Assembly: GCA_963797095.1 (NCBI GenBank) | Contig: CAWCNY010000002.1 | Coordinates: 768,001 to 832,000 of the forward strand | Length of the DNA: 64,000 bases | Direction of reading: 5' to 3' | Source: an uncultured Chloroflexia bacterium | GTDB lineage: Bacteria > Chloroflexota > Chloroflexia > QHBQ01 > JADMIH01 | Shown: positions 11,301 to 19,942 of the stretch, one piece after another | Position numbering within the stretch: position 1 is the first letter of the stretch | Layout: each line of letters opens with the position of its first letter | The notes under the pieces: generated by a model | Told to the model about the DNA's origin: nothing | Databases searched by the model: none | What the model saw: only the letters and a program-made list of their open reading frames with translations | Position numbers and translations under genes: made by a program

Positions 11301-11575
11301 CCGCCGCGCCTTCGGGTACGCCCAATTTCAGCCTCATAATCAGCATCCCCGATGCCGATGAAGACCAGCCCGTGATCGACAGCGTAATAAGTCTCAAACG
11401 CCTCCTCGAAGAGTACCCCGGCCCCGACACCGTCACCATCAGGGTTCCCTATATCCGGGGCAGATGGACTTCCGCAAGCCTCTCCTGGGGTGTCGGCTAC
11501 AGCCACCAGCTCGAATCGCGCATCCGCCGCCTCCTAGGCGATGACGCTATAGCCGTGATCCAATTGGCAAGCTGA
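8375..11575 (+). CDS. Catalytically inactive DnaE (Pol III alpha)-like protein
   Basis: Colinear with DnaE: PHP, palm remnant (SLAYTLGVS..P; EYGPDRVA), PPHVNFS, HhH, LILAGACD, QLDLF, OB fold, C-terminal domain. Catalytic PDxD is replaced by PGVT and KxD by AIH. Confidence 0.85.
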   Translation: MSDFTYLFVHTHFSRAGGPASPSEWCKRALELGYTSIGMADRSPLSGWPAMHRAARQSGLGLVYGVEVDIVLPPINSPKTKAPIEPAAQGTLLLARSPEGARNLAHMASSAYAHWPSHETPIPWDALAAHHDGLFLILPGGDEAGAPQPIAGQDARKAEAWAAALKSAFGNSLYIGLPHSGRPGDTALAEAIASRAQSLDLPLVALPPARYLLSGDAPAYEALKVARFRAGWPREIANLPASTGSIASDRAGYDYLRSPDEALALYSRWPAAIESAAHISTEVARIDTWPFETPDTNHARASLLEIVEQRLSQLPEFVAPTELLTRIESELDRSSRWGVAGAWSALAALATHAQDAREPVPTGSPVGHAINSSLAYTLGVSTTTPADPPTSVQIESPPFPGVTLPSAGRSLLLNRLAEEYGPDRVAYAACALDIMPVQALAASAAVLAVDSNTVRSIILAAIDGGWQALANATGSDPIIPTLADLAIALKGAPISSVPDRDTALVSPRAIYAGSTLASWLPLLQPPVGASSPLPSWSPWSAESLASLGYPAIHLPTSQQLDALHAALRLALRYPVPGLALPPADAGPDALSAALHSQHPSAYFAGALDTAWRHGEAVSVAPLAAEAHKLGIKIEPPHVNFSLEHHTLQRDGNSWSILWGLAALPGWSPAATQSFIGARPPGGFPSLSAVVEAALSSGLDISHLRTLILAGACDTLGERPRDRHALLSALPSLFEWATSQATRGGPGGANQLDLFSAPATPPPLEEDLREDNAQTSFDAVPTAYSPYERYLRNRWERDKLGVTFTEADEMHALIAVLEDSGALRSRLTSTESINAKQIGASIHIVGILCEIAFLEGQDGDTLAVCSLQDPYGTLELVTFPPNYKRHTSLWVENTLVAVTARVQAHQDGSLYLLCEHLALFTAGATDESFSITIKTRAARGAAANKEASQTPKPASSARPDLKIVAAPPPEPRREPQPAAPSGTPNFSLIISIPDADEDQPVIDSVISLKRLLEEYPGPDTVTIRVPYIRGRWTSASLSWGVGYSHQLESRIRRLLGDDAIAVIQLAS

Positions 11576-11753
11576 TCTCCACCGGCGCATTCCGAAGATA
11601 CCGGCAACCTCTGCTTTCTCTACAAGGCAGCCCCTGCCCTCAATCGCGGGTTCACGGCTTTGTTTCCTTGCAGCGCCAAAGATAGGACCTCAGGCCGATG
11701 CTTGCCTTTTTGCTCCATGTTATCCTAATCCGACACCACACAAGGAGAATGCA

Positions 11754-13115
11754 TTGGCGAAAGACACATCCTCGGAGCAAGACCTACCTAAGAACCTGGG
11801 TGACGGATTAGTGATGCGTAGGGCCACCCTCGAAGACCGTGAGAGGGTCGCCGATTTCCACGCCAATACCCTCCTCGACATAGGGCAAAAAGGCCCCGAT
11901 GAGCCTATGCGCCGCTGGATGCTCGACATGATGAGTGGCGAGCATCCCACTCTCAGGGCCACCGACTTCATCATTGTAGAAGACACAACCACAGGCAAGG
12001 TTGTCTCCTCTATGTGCCTGATCTCGCAGACCTGGACCTACGATGGTATCCCTTTCAAGTTTGGGCAGCCCGAAATAGTCAGCACTGACCCTGCTTACCG
12101 CAGACGAGGCCTTGTGCGCGCCCAATTCAACGAGATTCACCGGTGGAGCGCGGAACGAGGTGAGTTGGTGCAAGGCATCACAGGCATACCCTGGTATTAC
12201 CGGCAGTTCGGCTACGAAATGGCCGTGAACCTCGGCGGCAGTCGCCAGGGTTACAGGCCCAATGTTCCCAGGCTCAAAGAAGGCGAGCAGGAGCCGTACA
12301 ACGTTCGCAAAGCCACCACCGATGACATACCCCTCATCATGGACATGTACAGGCAGGCGGCCTCGCGCTCCCTCATAGCTTCTGTTCGCGATGAGGCTAT
12401 CTGGCGCTACGACCTTGAAAAGCGCACACGGGAGAGTGGCTTTAGCATCGAGTTACGCATAATTGAGACTCTCGAAGGCAAGCCTGTGGGCGTGCTGGCG
12501 CATTCATGGCGCTTGTGGGGGCCGAGCTTGAACACCCACCTCTATGAGACCATACCCGGTATGCCTCTCCTGGCAACCACCCCCACTGTCCTGCGTTACC
12601 TGGATGCCACGGGAGTAGAGTATGCCAAGCGCCCCAGCACTGAAGATGAGCCGAAGGACTTCGGGATCATTTCTTTTGGCCTGGGCGCTCAACACCCCGT
12701 ATATGACACGATTCCAAACAGATTGCCCCGTGTCAATAAACCCTACGCCTGGTATATTCGCGTGCTCGACCTGCCAGCCTTCGTGAACCGCATCGCTCCT
12801 GCTCTCGAAAAGCGTCTTGCCGAATCGGCGCAGGCAGGCTACGCAGGCGAGCTGAAGATCAACTTGTTTCGCACAGGACTTCTCCTCAAGTTCCAGGAGG
12901 GAAGTCTATCGGTGGAAGCCTGGAAGCCAGACCGCGTCGAGGAGGGAGATGCAGCCTTCCCCGACCTAATTTTCCTGCAACTCCTTTTTGGCTACAGGTC
13001 GCTGGAAGAACTGAGGTATGCTTTCCCCGATTGCTCCGCGAACACCGACACCGGTCGTGCCCTCATGCCTATCCTCTTCCCCAGGAAAGACTCCCACGTT
13101 TGGGCCGGGGGCTGA
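11754..13115 (+). CDS. GNAT family acetyltransferase (Eis-like tandem GNAT)
   Basis: Acetyl-CoA motif VSTDPAYRRRGL, YYRQFGYE, second GNAT-like repeat. Confidence 0.8.
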   Translation: MAKDTSSEQDLPKNLGDGLVMRRATLEDRERVADFHANTLLDIGQKGPDEPMRRWMLDMMSGEHPTLRATDFIIVEDTTTGKVVSSMCLISQTWTYDGIPFKFGQPEIVSTDPAYRRRGLVRAQFNEIHRWSAERGELVQGITGIPWYYRQFGYEMAVNLGGSRQGYRPNVPRLKEGEQEPYNVRKATTDDIPLIMDMYRQAASRSLIASVRDEAIWRYDLEKRTRESGFSIELRIIETLEGKPVGVLAHSWRLWGPSLNTHLYETIPGMPLLATTPTVLRYLDATGVEYAKRPSTEDEPKDFGIISFGLGAQHPVYDTIPNRLPRVNKPYAWYIRVLDLPAFVNRIAPALEKRLAESAQAGYAGELKINLFRTGLLLKFQEGSLSVEAWKPDRVEEGDAAFPDLIFLQLLFGYRSLEELRYAFPDCSANTDTGRALMPILFPRKDSHVWAGG

Positions 13116-13126
13116 GCCTGCCAATA

Positions 13127-13183
13127 ACGAGTGACGAGTGACGAGTGACGAGTGACGAGTTGTTAGTTGTCACTCGTCATTGG
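13127..13183. repeat. Heptamer tandem repeat (ACGAGTG)~5 plus inverted copy
   Basis: Directly visible; the same unit occurs at 96-116 and 17044-17070, each just after a stop codon. Confidence 0.85.
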
Positions 13184-13458
13184 GCCGAAACCAGTACTAG
13201 CAGTCCTAGCCAACACTAGCGAGTACTCCTAATCTCCCCCCGGCCCGGATTCCGCTTTAATGCGCACTATTAGATAGTCCTATATGCCTAGGACGTACTA
13301 TCTCCCATGCATGAGTAGTACCTATGTCATAATCCCTTTTATTGACTCCTTTCTCTGCGCTTTGTTATAGTCAATATGACACGCTCCTGGTCAGTCGCGC
13401 ACTGCTGCTGCCATGTTCTACGCTAAACTCGTGGGGCGCGAACTCAGGATGGAGAAAT

Positions 13459-14253
13459 ATGGACAAAACACCGATAAAAGTTGTCATCGCCGATAGCCAC
13501 GATCTATTCCGCCAGGGTCTCTCCAGTCTGCTCGCTCGTCAGTCCGATATTCAGATCGTGGGTGAGGCCAAAGATGGTGCTGAGCTAATTAGCATGATGC
13601 ACGATCTGGAGCCTCAGGTCCTCCTCATGGAAATCTATATGAGAGGCGTGGATGGTCTGCAAACCGTTTACGATATCATGGCCGAATATCCCGACACCAC
13701 AGTCGCCATACTTACATCTTCCGAAGACGACAATGATGTGCTAACCGCCGTCAAAATGGGTGTGAAGGGTTATATACTCAAAAACAGCAGCCTGGACGAG
13801 CTTGTCCAGGCGGTCCAGGCGCTCTCATCGGGCGGCGCTTACTTCTCCAGCAGCATGTTCACCAAAGTGCTCCAGGAGTTCACCCACCTGGCCCGCAGAC
13901 GCGACCTCCAGGAAGCCAAGGGGATAGACGCCCTTACCGAGCGTGAGAAGGACGTGCTTCGCCTGGTTGCCAAAGGCTCCACCAACCGCGACATCGCGGA
14001 CGAACTGGTAATCACCGAGAACACCGTGAAAGTGCACCTGCGCAATATCCTGGATAAATTGCAGTTGCGTAACCGCCAGCAGGCTGCGGCCTACGCGGTC
14101 CAGGAAGGTCTCATTTCTCGCGTTCTCCCCACCAACCGGGGCTACAACGGCTACAGCAACACATCCTCGGCGGCTCTTGCCACCCCGCGTAGCGTCCCCA
14201 GCCACGATGAGATACGTGCTCGCCTCAGCGAGTACAAAATCCGCATCCGCTAG
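13459..14253 (+). CDS. NarL/LuxR family response regulator with atypical receiver (Asp->Glu)
   Basis: REC domain plus LuxR HTH (LTEREKDVL...TVKVHLRNI); the phosphoacceptor position reads LLMEI; GGAGA SD before ATG 13459. Confidence 0.9.
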   Translation: MDKTPIKVVIADSHDLFRQGLSSLLARQSDIQIVGEAKDGAELISMMHDLEPQVLLMEIYMRGVDGLQTVYDIMAEYPDTTVAILTSSEDDNDVLTAVKMGVKGYILKNSSLDELVQAVQALSSGGAYFSSSMFTKVLQEFTHLARRRDLQEAKGIDALTEREKDVLRLVAKGSTNRDIADELVITENTVKVHLRNILDKLQLRNRQQAAAYAVQEGLISRVLPTNRGYNGYSNTSSAALATPRSVPSHDEIRARLSEYKIRIR

Positions 14254-14261
14254 ATCAAGTG

Positions 14262-14306
14262 AGTAACAAACAAATCCCCGCCACTCGCGGGGATTTGTTT
14301 GTTACT
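14262..14306. terminator. Bidirectional intrinsic terminator
   Basis: Perfect 20-bp stem with 5-nt loop between the convergent regulator and polX genes. Confidence 0.8.
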
Positions 14307-16083
14307 TCCCTCTATTCTTCAGCCACTTCTCTAACTTATCGAGCGGCCATGTTGTAATGATCCTGTCGGCGGTGGCCCACCCGCGCCTGGCTGTGTGCAC
14401 TCCATATTCTATGAAATCGTAGTTGCTGGGATAATGCGCGTCGGTATCCACGGCCAGCAAGCACCCTGCCTTCATCGCTTCCTGTATGTAAACATCGTCC
14501 AGGTCAAGCCTGTCGGGAGCCGAGTTCACTTCAAGTGCGGTACCCGTTTTCGCCGCCTCCCTTATTACCGCTCCCACGTTCATAGCCGACGGCTCGCGCT
14601 GGTTGATCAGCCTTCCGGTCGGGTGGCCCAGGATGTCAACGTGCGGGTTGCGCACTGCGTTCAGCGCTCGCCTCGTTACCTCTTCCCCTGGCTGCCTGAG
14701 CCCATTATGAATAGATGCCACCACTACATCGAGCCACTCAAGCACCTCATCGGGGAAATCGAGCGTGCCATCGGTCTTGATCTCAAGCTCGATCCCGTGG
14801 AAGATGCGGAAACCTCCGCCGATGCTCTTCTCCGCCGCCTCGATCTCCCGCCTTTGCGCTCTCAGTCTCTCAACCGTCAGCCCCCTCGCTATCGTAAGGC
14901 TCTGGCTGTGGTCGGTGATCGCCATATACTGGTATCCGCGCTCCTTCGCGGCCCGCGCCATGGTCAATATGCTCTCCGAGCCGTCGCTCCAGGTCGAATG
15001 GCAGTGCAGATCCCCCTTTATGTCCGCTACCTCGACCAGCGTGGGAAGTGTACCCCTCTCCGCCGCCTCGATCTCTCCCCGGTTTTCCCGCAACTCAGGC
15101 GGCATCCAATCCATGCCTAAAGTCCGGTAAATATCGGCTTCATTCTTAATTGGAATGGGTGTGCCGTCGCTGCGCTGTAGACCATATTCATTCAATTTCA
15201 GCCCCATCTTTATGGCACGGTCCCGTAAGGCGATATTGTGTTCCCGCGACCCGGTGAAATGCTGCAACAGCGATGGGTAATACCCGGGGTCCATCACATA
15301 CAGGTCTACCTGGATTCCGTTGTTGAGCCGCACCGTCGCCTTATTCGCCCCTCGCAGGTCCACCACATCCACCATCGGCAGCCCCACGAAGCAATCAAGC
15401 ACCTCGTTCACATCGGTGGCCGTGGCAAGGAAGTCCATATCGCCCACCGTCGCTTTCCACCTTCGCACCGACCCCGCCACCTCCAGCCTGTCGAGCGTCT
15501 TGCACTGCGCTCTCATCAATTGCATCATCTGGCGGGCGAGGGGCAGCGCCGTCCCTAGCAGGTCGCGCTTCTCGGCGCTCCGCTTTTGGATCGCCACCAA
15601 CCCTTCCTTGATGATCTCCACAGTTTTCGGCCCGAAGCCGGGCACGGTCGCAAGCCTTCCGTCCTCGATAGCCTTTTCCAGGTCGGCGATTCCCTGTATT
15701 CCCAGCGTCTGGTACATGTGCATCGCCTTTTTCGCACCGACGTGCGGTATCTCCGTCACCGCTATCAGCGAAGGAGGCACCTCATTCAGAAGGCGCTCGT
15801 AGAAGCGCAGATGCCCGGTCGTAAAAAGCTCATGTACCTTGTCGGTGATCGCCTTGCCCACCCCCGGCAGTTCGTCCACTCGCCCTTCCCGCCATACCTG
15901 CTTCAAATCTTCGTGCAGGTTGGCGAAGGTATCCGAGGCGGTGCGGTATGCCCGTACTTTGAACGGCGATTCACCCTTCAACTCCATTATCGAGGCGATC
16001 TCCGAGAAGATGCGCGCGAAGGTGGCGTTCGTGAAGTTCGCGGCTTCGGGGCTCATTGTGTATTGCCGATCTGTAGTGTTCAT
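14302..16083 (-). CDS. polX: DNA polymerase X with PHP 3'-5' exonuclease domain
   Basis: HhH repeats, GSVRR..TVGDMD, QVDL, HFTGS, PHP motifs DLHCHS, TDHS, DTDAH. Confidence 0.95.
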   Translation of the reverse strand: MNTTDRQYTMSPEAANFTNATFARIFSEIASIMELKGESPFKVRAYRTASDTFANLHEDLKQVWREGRVDELPGVGKAITDKVHELFTTGHLRFYERLLNEVPPSLIAVTEIPHVGAKKAMHMYQTLGIQGIADLEKAIEDGRLATVPGFGPKTVEIIKEGLVAIQKRSAEKRDLLGTALPLARQMMQLMRAQCKTLDRLEVAGSVRRWKATVGDMDFLATATDVNEVLDCFVGLPMVDVVDLRGANKATVRLNNGIQVDLYVMDPGYYPSLLQHFTGSREHNIALRDRAIKMGLKLNEYGLQRSDGTPIPIKNEADIYRTLGMDWMPPELRENRGEIEAAERGTLPTLVEVADIKGDLHCHSTWSDGSESILTMARAAKERGYQYMAITDHSQSLTIARGLTVERLRAQRREIEAAEKSIGGGFRIFHGIELEIKTDGTLDFPDEVLEWLDVVVASIHNGLRQPGEEVTRRALNAVRNPHVDILGHPTGRLINQREPSAMNVGAVIREAAKTGTALEVNSAPDRLDLDDVYIQEAMKAGCLLAVDTDAHYPSNYDFIEYGVHTARRGWATADRIITTWPLDKLEKWLKNRGK

Positions 16084-16199
16084 ATCTTAGGGCACTCTTC
16101 AAATGTTGGGTCTCGATGCCGGACAAGCACAATCAATGCCAGGATGTGTGGCGTTGGTCAGGGCGATCTCAGATCGCCCTATTGTTGGCTGGATACCTG

Positions 16200-16973
16200 C
16201 TAATCTTCCAGCATTCCGTGCTCGCGGGCGTATTGCGCGGCAGCCTCGCGCCCTGATAGGCTTAGTTTGCGATAGACTTCGGACAAATATGTGCGCACCA
16301 TTCCCTCGGATAACCCGGTGCGCCGGGCAACCTCATCGTTGCTCAACCCATTTGCGAGCAGCCGGAGGATGGCCCTTTCATTCGATGTAAGCAGCGCTTC
16401 AGTGATGAGCGAATTGGTTCCTGGGTGCATATCGTCGTCCCTGGCATCGCTCCCAAGCTCACCGCTCGAAAGGATTCCAGTGATGTAGCTGCCGGTAATG
16501 GGATGCCCTTCGCTTTGCAACAATGGGGTCTCGCCTGCCATTACGTCCCGGATGGTATCGAGCAATGCCTCGCTCCCGGCGTCTTTCAACACGTAGGCGC
16601 TTGCCCCTGCTCGCCTGGCTTCGCGCAGGTGCTCGTCTCCCTTGAACATGGTGAGCGTAATTACTAATATGCCCGGATATGCATCGGCGAGTTTGCGGGT
16701 CGCCTGCATGCCATCCATGCCAGGCATATTGATATCCATCAGCACAATGTCGGGGTGGAGCGTCTCCACTTTATCCAGGGCCTCTCCCCCATCCGCGGCC
16801 TCGCCCACCACCTCCACATCAGGCTCCAACTCAAACATCGAGCGAAGACCCTTTCTATACAGGGCATGGTCGTCTACAATTAAGAGCGTGATCTTCCCGC
16901 TTGCGGGCCGCAACCGTCCGTATGGCGAATTAGCCACGCGGGAAAACCAGATACCGCTCTTATCTGAAGACAT
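16200..16973 (-). CDS. NarL/LuxR family response regulator
   Basis: VDDH, LMDINMPGMDG, YVLK and C-terminal LuxR HTH. Confidence 0.9.
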   Translation of the reverse strand: MSSDKSGIWFSRVANSPYGRLRPASGKITLLIVDDHALYRKGLRSMFELEPDVEVVGEAADGGEALDKVETLHPDIVLMDINMPGMDGMQATRKLADAYPGILVITLTMFKGDEHLREARRAGASAYVLKDAGSEALLDTIRDVMAGETPLLQSEGHPITGSYITGILSSGELGSDARDDDMHPGTNSLITEALLTSNERAILRLLANGLSNDEVARRTGLSEGMVRTYLSEVYRKLSLSGREAAAQYAREHGMLED

Positions 16974-17079
16974 AAGATGCCCCTTCTTTGAAACGTGATG
17001 CTTGCCTATTGCATATTCCGTACTGCGTAGTACTTATCCCACTACTCGTCACTCGTCACTCGTCACTCGCCATCACGTC

Positions 17080-18102
17080 TCACGTATCTTGCCCCAACGC
17101 TTCAATCAATTCATATGCTACAGTGGCAGGGTCGGTATTTCGTGCCATAAGCTCATTTAGCGCCTGGTCCAACTTGCCATTGCCCTCGAAGTCTTGCCTC
17201 AGCCGCCGGAGAATAAGCTCGCGCGCTCTATCCAACACTTCAACTCGCAATCTCTCTCTGCGTTCCTGTTCGTATAGCCCATGCTCGACCATATACGCTT
17301 TGTGTCGCTTGATCGTCCCTGCCAGTTCTTCGATGCCTTTGCCCTCAGATGCTACCGTCTTCACAATAGGCGGTATCCACGCGCCTTCGGGGTGGGGCAG
17401 CAACCGCATGGTAGTTTTGATGTGATTGGCAAGCCGGTCAGCGCCTTCGCGGTCGGCCTTATTGATCACTATCACATCGGCCACCTCCAGCACTCCTGCC
17501 TTCAGCGCCTGTATATCATCGCCCATGCCTGGCACTTCGATCAGCAGCGTGGTGTCGGCAAGCCCCGCGATAGAGATCTCGTCTTGCCCCACTCCCACAG
17601 TCTCGATGATGATTATATCACGCCCAAAAGCGTCCAGTACCCTTACCACATCCACGGTGGCTGCCGCAAGCCCGCCAAGCTGCCCGCGTGACGCCATCGA
17701 GCGTATGAATACCCCCGGATCGCTGGTAAAGCCGAGCATCCTCACCCGGTCGCCCAGGATGGCGCCCCCACTCATCGCCGATGTTGGGTCCACAGCCACT
17801 ACACCCACAGTATTGTCGTGGCCGCGATAGTACTTGATCAATTCGTTGACAAGCGTGGATTTGCCGGCTCCCGGTGGCCCTGTCACGCCTATTATGTGCG
17901 CGCGCCCGGTGTGCGGAGCAACCAGGCGCAACGCCTCTCGATAGCCTCTTTGCCTGTTTTCCACGAGGGTCATCAGGCGCGACGCCGCCGCCCTATTCCC
18001 ACCAAGCAGTCTCTCGACAAAATCAGCTACTGTACCGGTTGCGGTGACGGGCCTCAGACCTGCCTTTGCGTCCTGGGCTTGCGGTGCGCTTTTGCCTGCC
18101 AT
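17080..18102 (-). CDS. meaB: MeaB/ArgK GTPase, B12-mutase chaperone
   Basis: GPPGAGKS, AVDPTS..SGGAILGDR, ETVGVGQ, NKAD. Confidence 0.93.
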   Translation of the reverse strand: MAGKSAPQAQDAKAGLRPVTATGTVADFVERLLGGNRAAASRLMTLVENRQRGYREALRLVAPHTGRAHIIGVTGPPGAGKSTLVNELIKYYRGHDNTVGVVAVDPTSAMSGGAILGDRVRMLGFTSDPGVFIRSMASRGQLGGLAAATVDVVRVLDAFGRDIIIIETVGVGQDEISIAGLADTTLLIEVPGMGDDIQALKAGVLEVADVIVINKADREGADRLANHIKTTMRLLPHPEGAWIPPIVKTVASEGKGIEELAGTIKRHKAYMVEHGLYEQERRERLRVEVLDRARELILRRLRQDFEGNGKLDQALNELMARNTDPATVAYELIEALGQDT

Positions 18103-18106
18103 GCCC

Positions 18107-18577
18107 CTATTCTTCCTCGCCAGCTATGCGCGGTGTGACGTTGTCGCGCACAAACTTTACCGCTTCTTCCATAGGAGTGCCAGGTCCGAACACACCTGCG
18201 ATGCCCATTTCCTTGATCGCCGGGATGTCGTCGTCTGGAATGATCCCACCTGCGTACACCAGCACATCATCCAGCCCGCGCTTGCGCAATTCCTCCATGA
18301 CACGCGGGAAAAGCGCCATATGCGCCCCCGACAGGATAGACAGTCCAATCGCGTCAACGTCTTCCTGCAACGCTGCTTCAGCGATCATCTCCGGCGTCTG
18401 GTGCAACCCGGTGTAGATCACTTCCATACCCGCGTCGCGCAAGGCACGCGCGATGATCTTGGCTCCCCGGTCGTGCCCATCCAGGCCGGGCTTGGCGATC
18501 AGCACCCGAATCTTACGGCCTATATCGGTCGCTGCTTCTCTTTTCTCCTGCGTATGGGATGGCGACTTTGCCATCAT
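18107..18577 (-). CDS. Cobalamin-binding small subunit of acyl-CoA mutase (IcmB-like)
   Basis: [10 protein letters not shown] (DxHxxG), [14 protein letters not shown]. Confidence 0.93.
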   Translation of the reverse strand: MMAKSPSHTQEKREAATDIGRKIRVLIAKPGLDGHDRGAKIIARALRDAGMEVIYTGLHQTPEMIAEAALQEDVDAIGLSILSGAHMALFPRVMEELRKRGLDDVLVYAGGIIPDDDIPAIKEMGIAGVFGPGTPMEEAVKFVRDNVTPRIAGEEE

Positions 18578-19241
18578 CTGTGCCTCCTAACGAACAAGAT
18601 ACCAACCCATATTACCCTAATCGAGCCGCGCTCGTAAAGGTAACCAAGGCACATATGCAGGGCAAACGCATCTAAATTGGAGATGGGCCAAGCAGCACCG
18701 TGAGCAGATAATCGTTGTCCCAACCACACTTGAGCCGCTTGCCTTTGATGCCCACCTTGACCCTTTTCTCAGCTTTGAGCAGGTTAAGGCACTCATGTTC
18801 TAAAAGTATTGTCAACGTCGACAATTGCCAAGCCAAGAATTGCCGTTTTCCTATCAAAACGGCAATTCTTGGCTTAGCCTACTAACGCATCCAATATCTC
18901 GTTTGCTATATAGACTCTCCCGTAATCAGCCTCATTAAGTTGGGATAATATTCCTGCATCTAGAAGCTTCTGAATATGGCGTTGAGCAGTATTATAACTA
19001 TTAAGCCCCAATCGTCGTTGTGCGTCGGGAATAGTAACTATAGGTGCCTCAAAGAGTTTGTCGGCTAAAATCAAAGTGATGGCGGCGGCTCTGGCGTGCG
19101 TAAGTCTATAATGCCAACTGTACAAGAAGAACATAATCCATTCTTGCCATCTGCCTTGCTCGCTGACAGCCAATAACAGATCAAAGTACAGAGATCTGTG
19201 CTTCTCAAAATATGAACTTAGATAAAGAAGGGGCAAAGGTA

Positions 19242-19612
19242 GTGACGGCTCCCCATGAGTGTGAACTCAGGGGCTTCTACAGTTTTTCACTGATACTGTA
19301 CCGCCCTACAGTCATTAGGTTTGTACAAGCTGACGCTCGATACATTTTACGTAGTCTGAGACTTTGAGACTACAACCCCATACGTATCCTACTGCCAAAG
19401 TACGAACCAGGGGAAGGGGTACAACGGGAGGCTATTCTCCTTCTCCGTCACAGATATCATGCCACTTTGGAGGACTTTATGCACAGACTTACAACCACCC
19501 TACTTGGTAGGGAGCCCTACGCGCTACTTGGTAGGGAGCCCTACGCGCTACTTGGTAGTGGCGGCTGTATCCCTACGCCTGAAGGCGAGGGTCTTAGCCG
19601 CTGTGAAAGTCA
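19242..19612 (-). mobile_element. 371-bp non-autonomous IS200/IS605-family element (PATE-like)
   Basis: Inserted 3' of TTTAT with no TSD and ends in TCAC. Subterminal hairpins CCCTCGCCTTCAGGCGTAGGG and CCCCTGAGTTCACACTCATGGGG. No intact ORF. Confidence 0.8.
19500..19558. repeat. 24-bp tandem repeat x2.5 (CTACTTGGTAGGGAGCCCTACGCG)
   Basis: Directly visible, without spacers, inside the small IS605-type element. Confidence 0.9.
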
Positions 19613-19942
19613 ATAAACCCCAGTGAATTAACGATAGTGAGATTAGCAAACGGCCTGTGCGCCCATTCCCATCGGCAAAAGGATGAATCGCCTCAAAATG
19701 ATAGTGGAGTAATGCTAAACTCACCAAACGTGGCAAGTCATGATCTGCTGTAAGGTATCTTTCAAAGGAACCAAGAAGTTCAGATAATTCACTTGCAGGT
19801 GGTGGCACATATCGGGCGTTTCGTATGCGATCACTTCCTATCCAGTTTTGGCTTGTGCGAAATTCACCTGGATGGGAGTACTCACCACGCACTCCTGACA
19901 TGAGAAGCTTATGCATTTCACGTACTAACATCAGATCAACAG

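Noticed and set aside
19290-19420. Possible decayed tnpA C-terminus (SYF...VGYV...CIERQ) in the small element
   Set aside because: Similarity is weak and needs frame changes; not supportable without an alignment
19500-19558. 24-bp repeats as a mini CRISPR array
   Set aside because: Head-to-tail copies with no spacers and no cas genes; lies inside an IS605-type remnant
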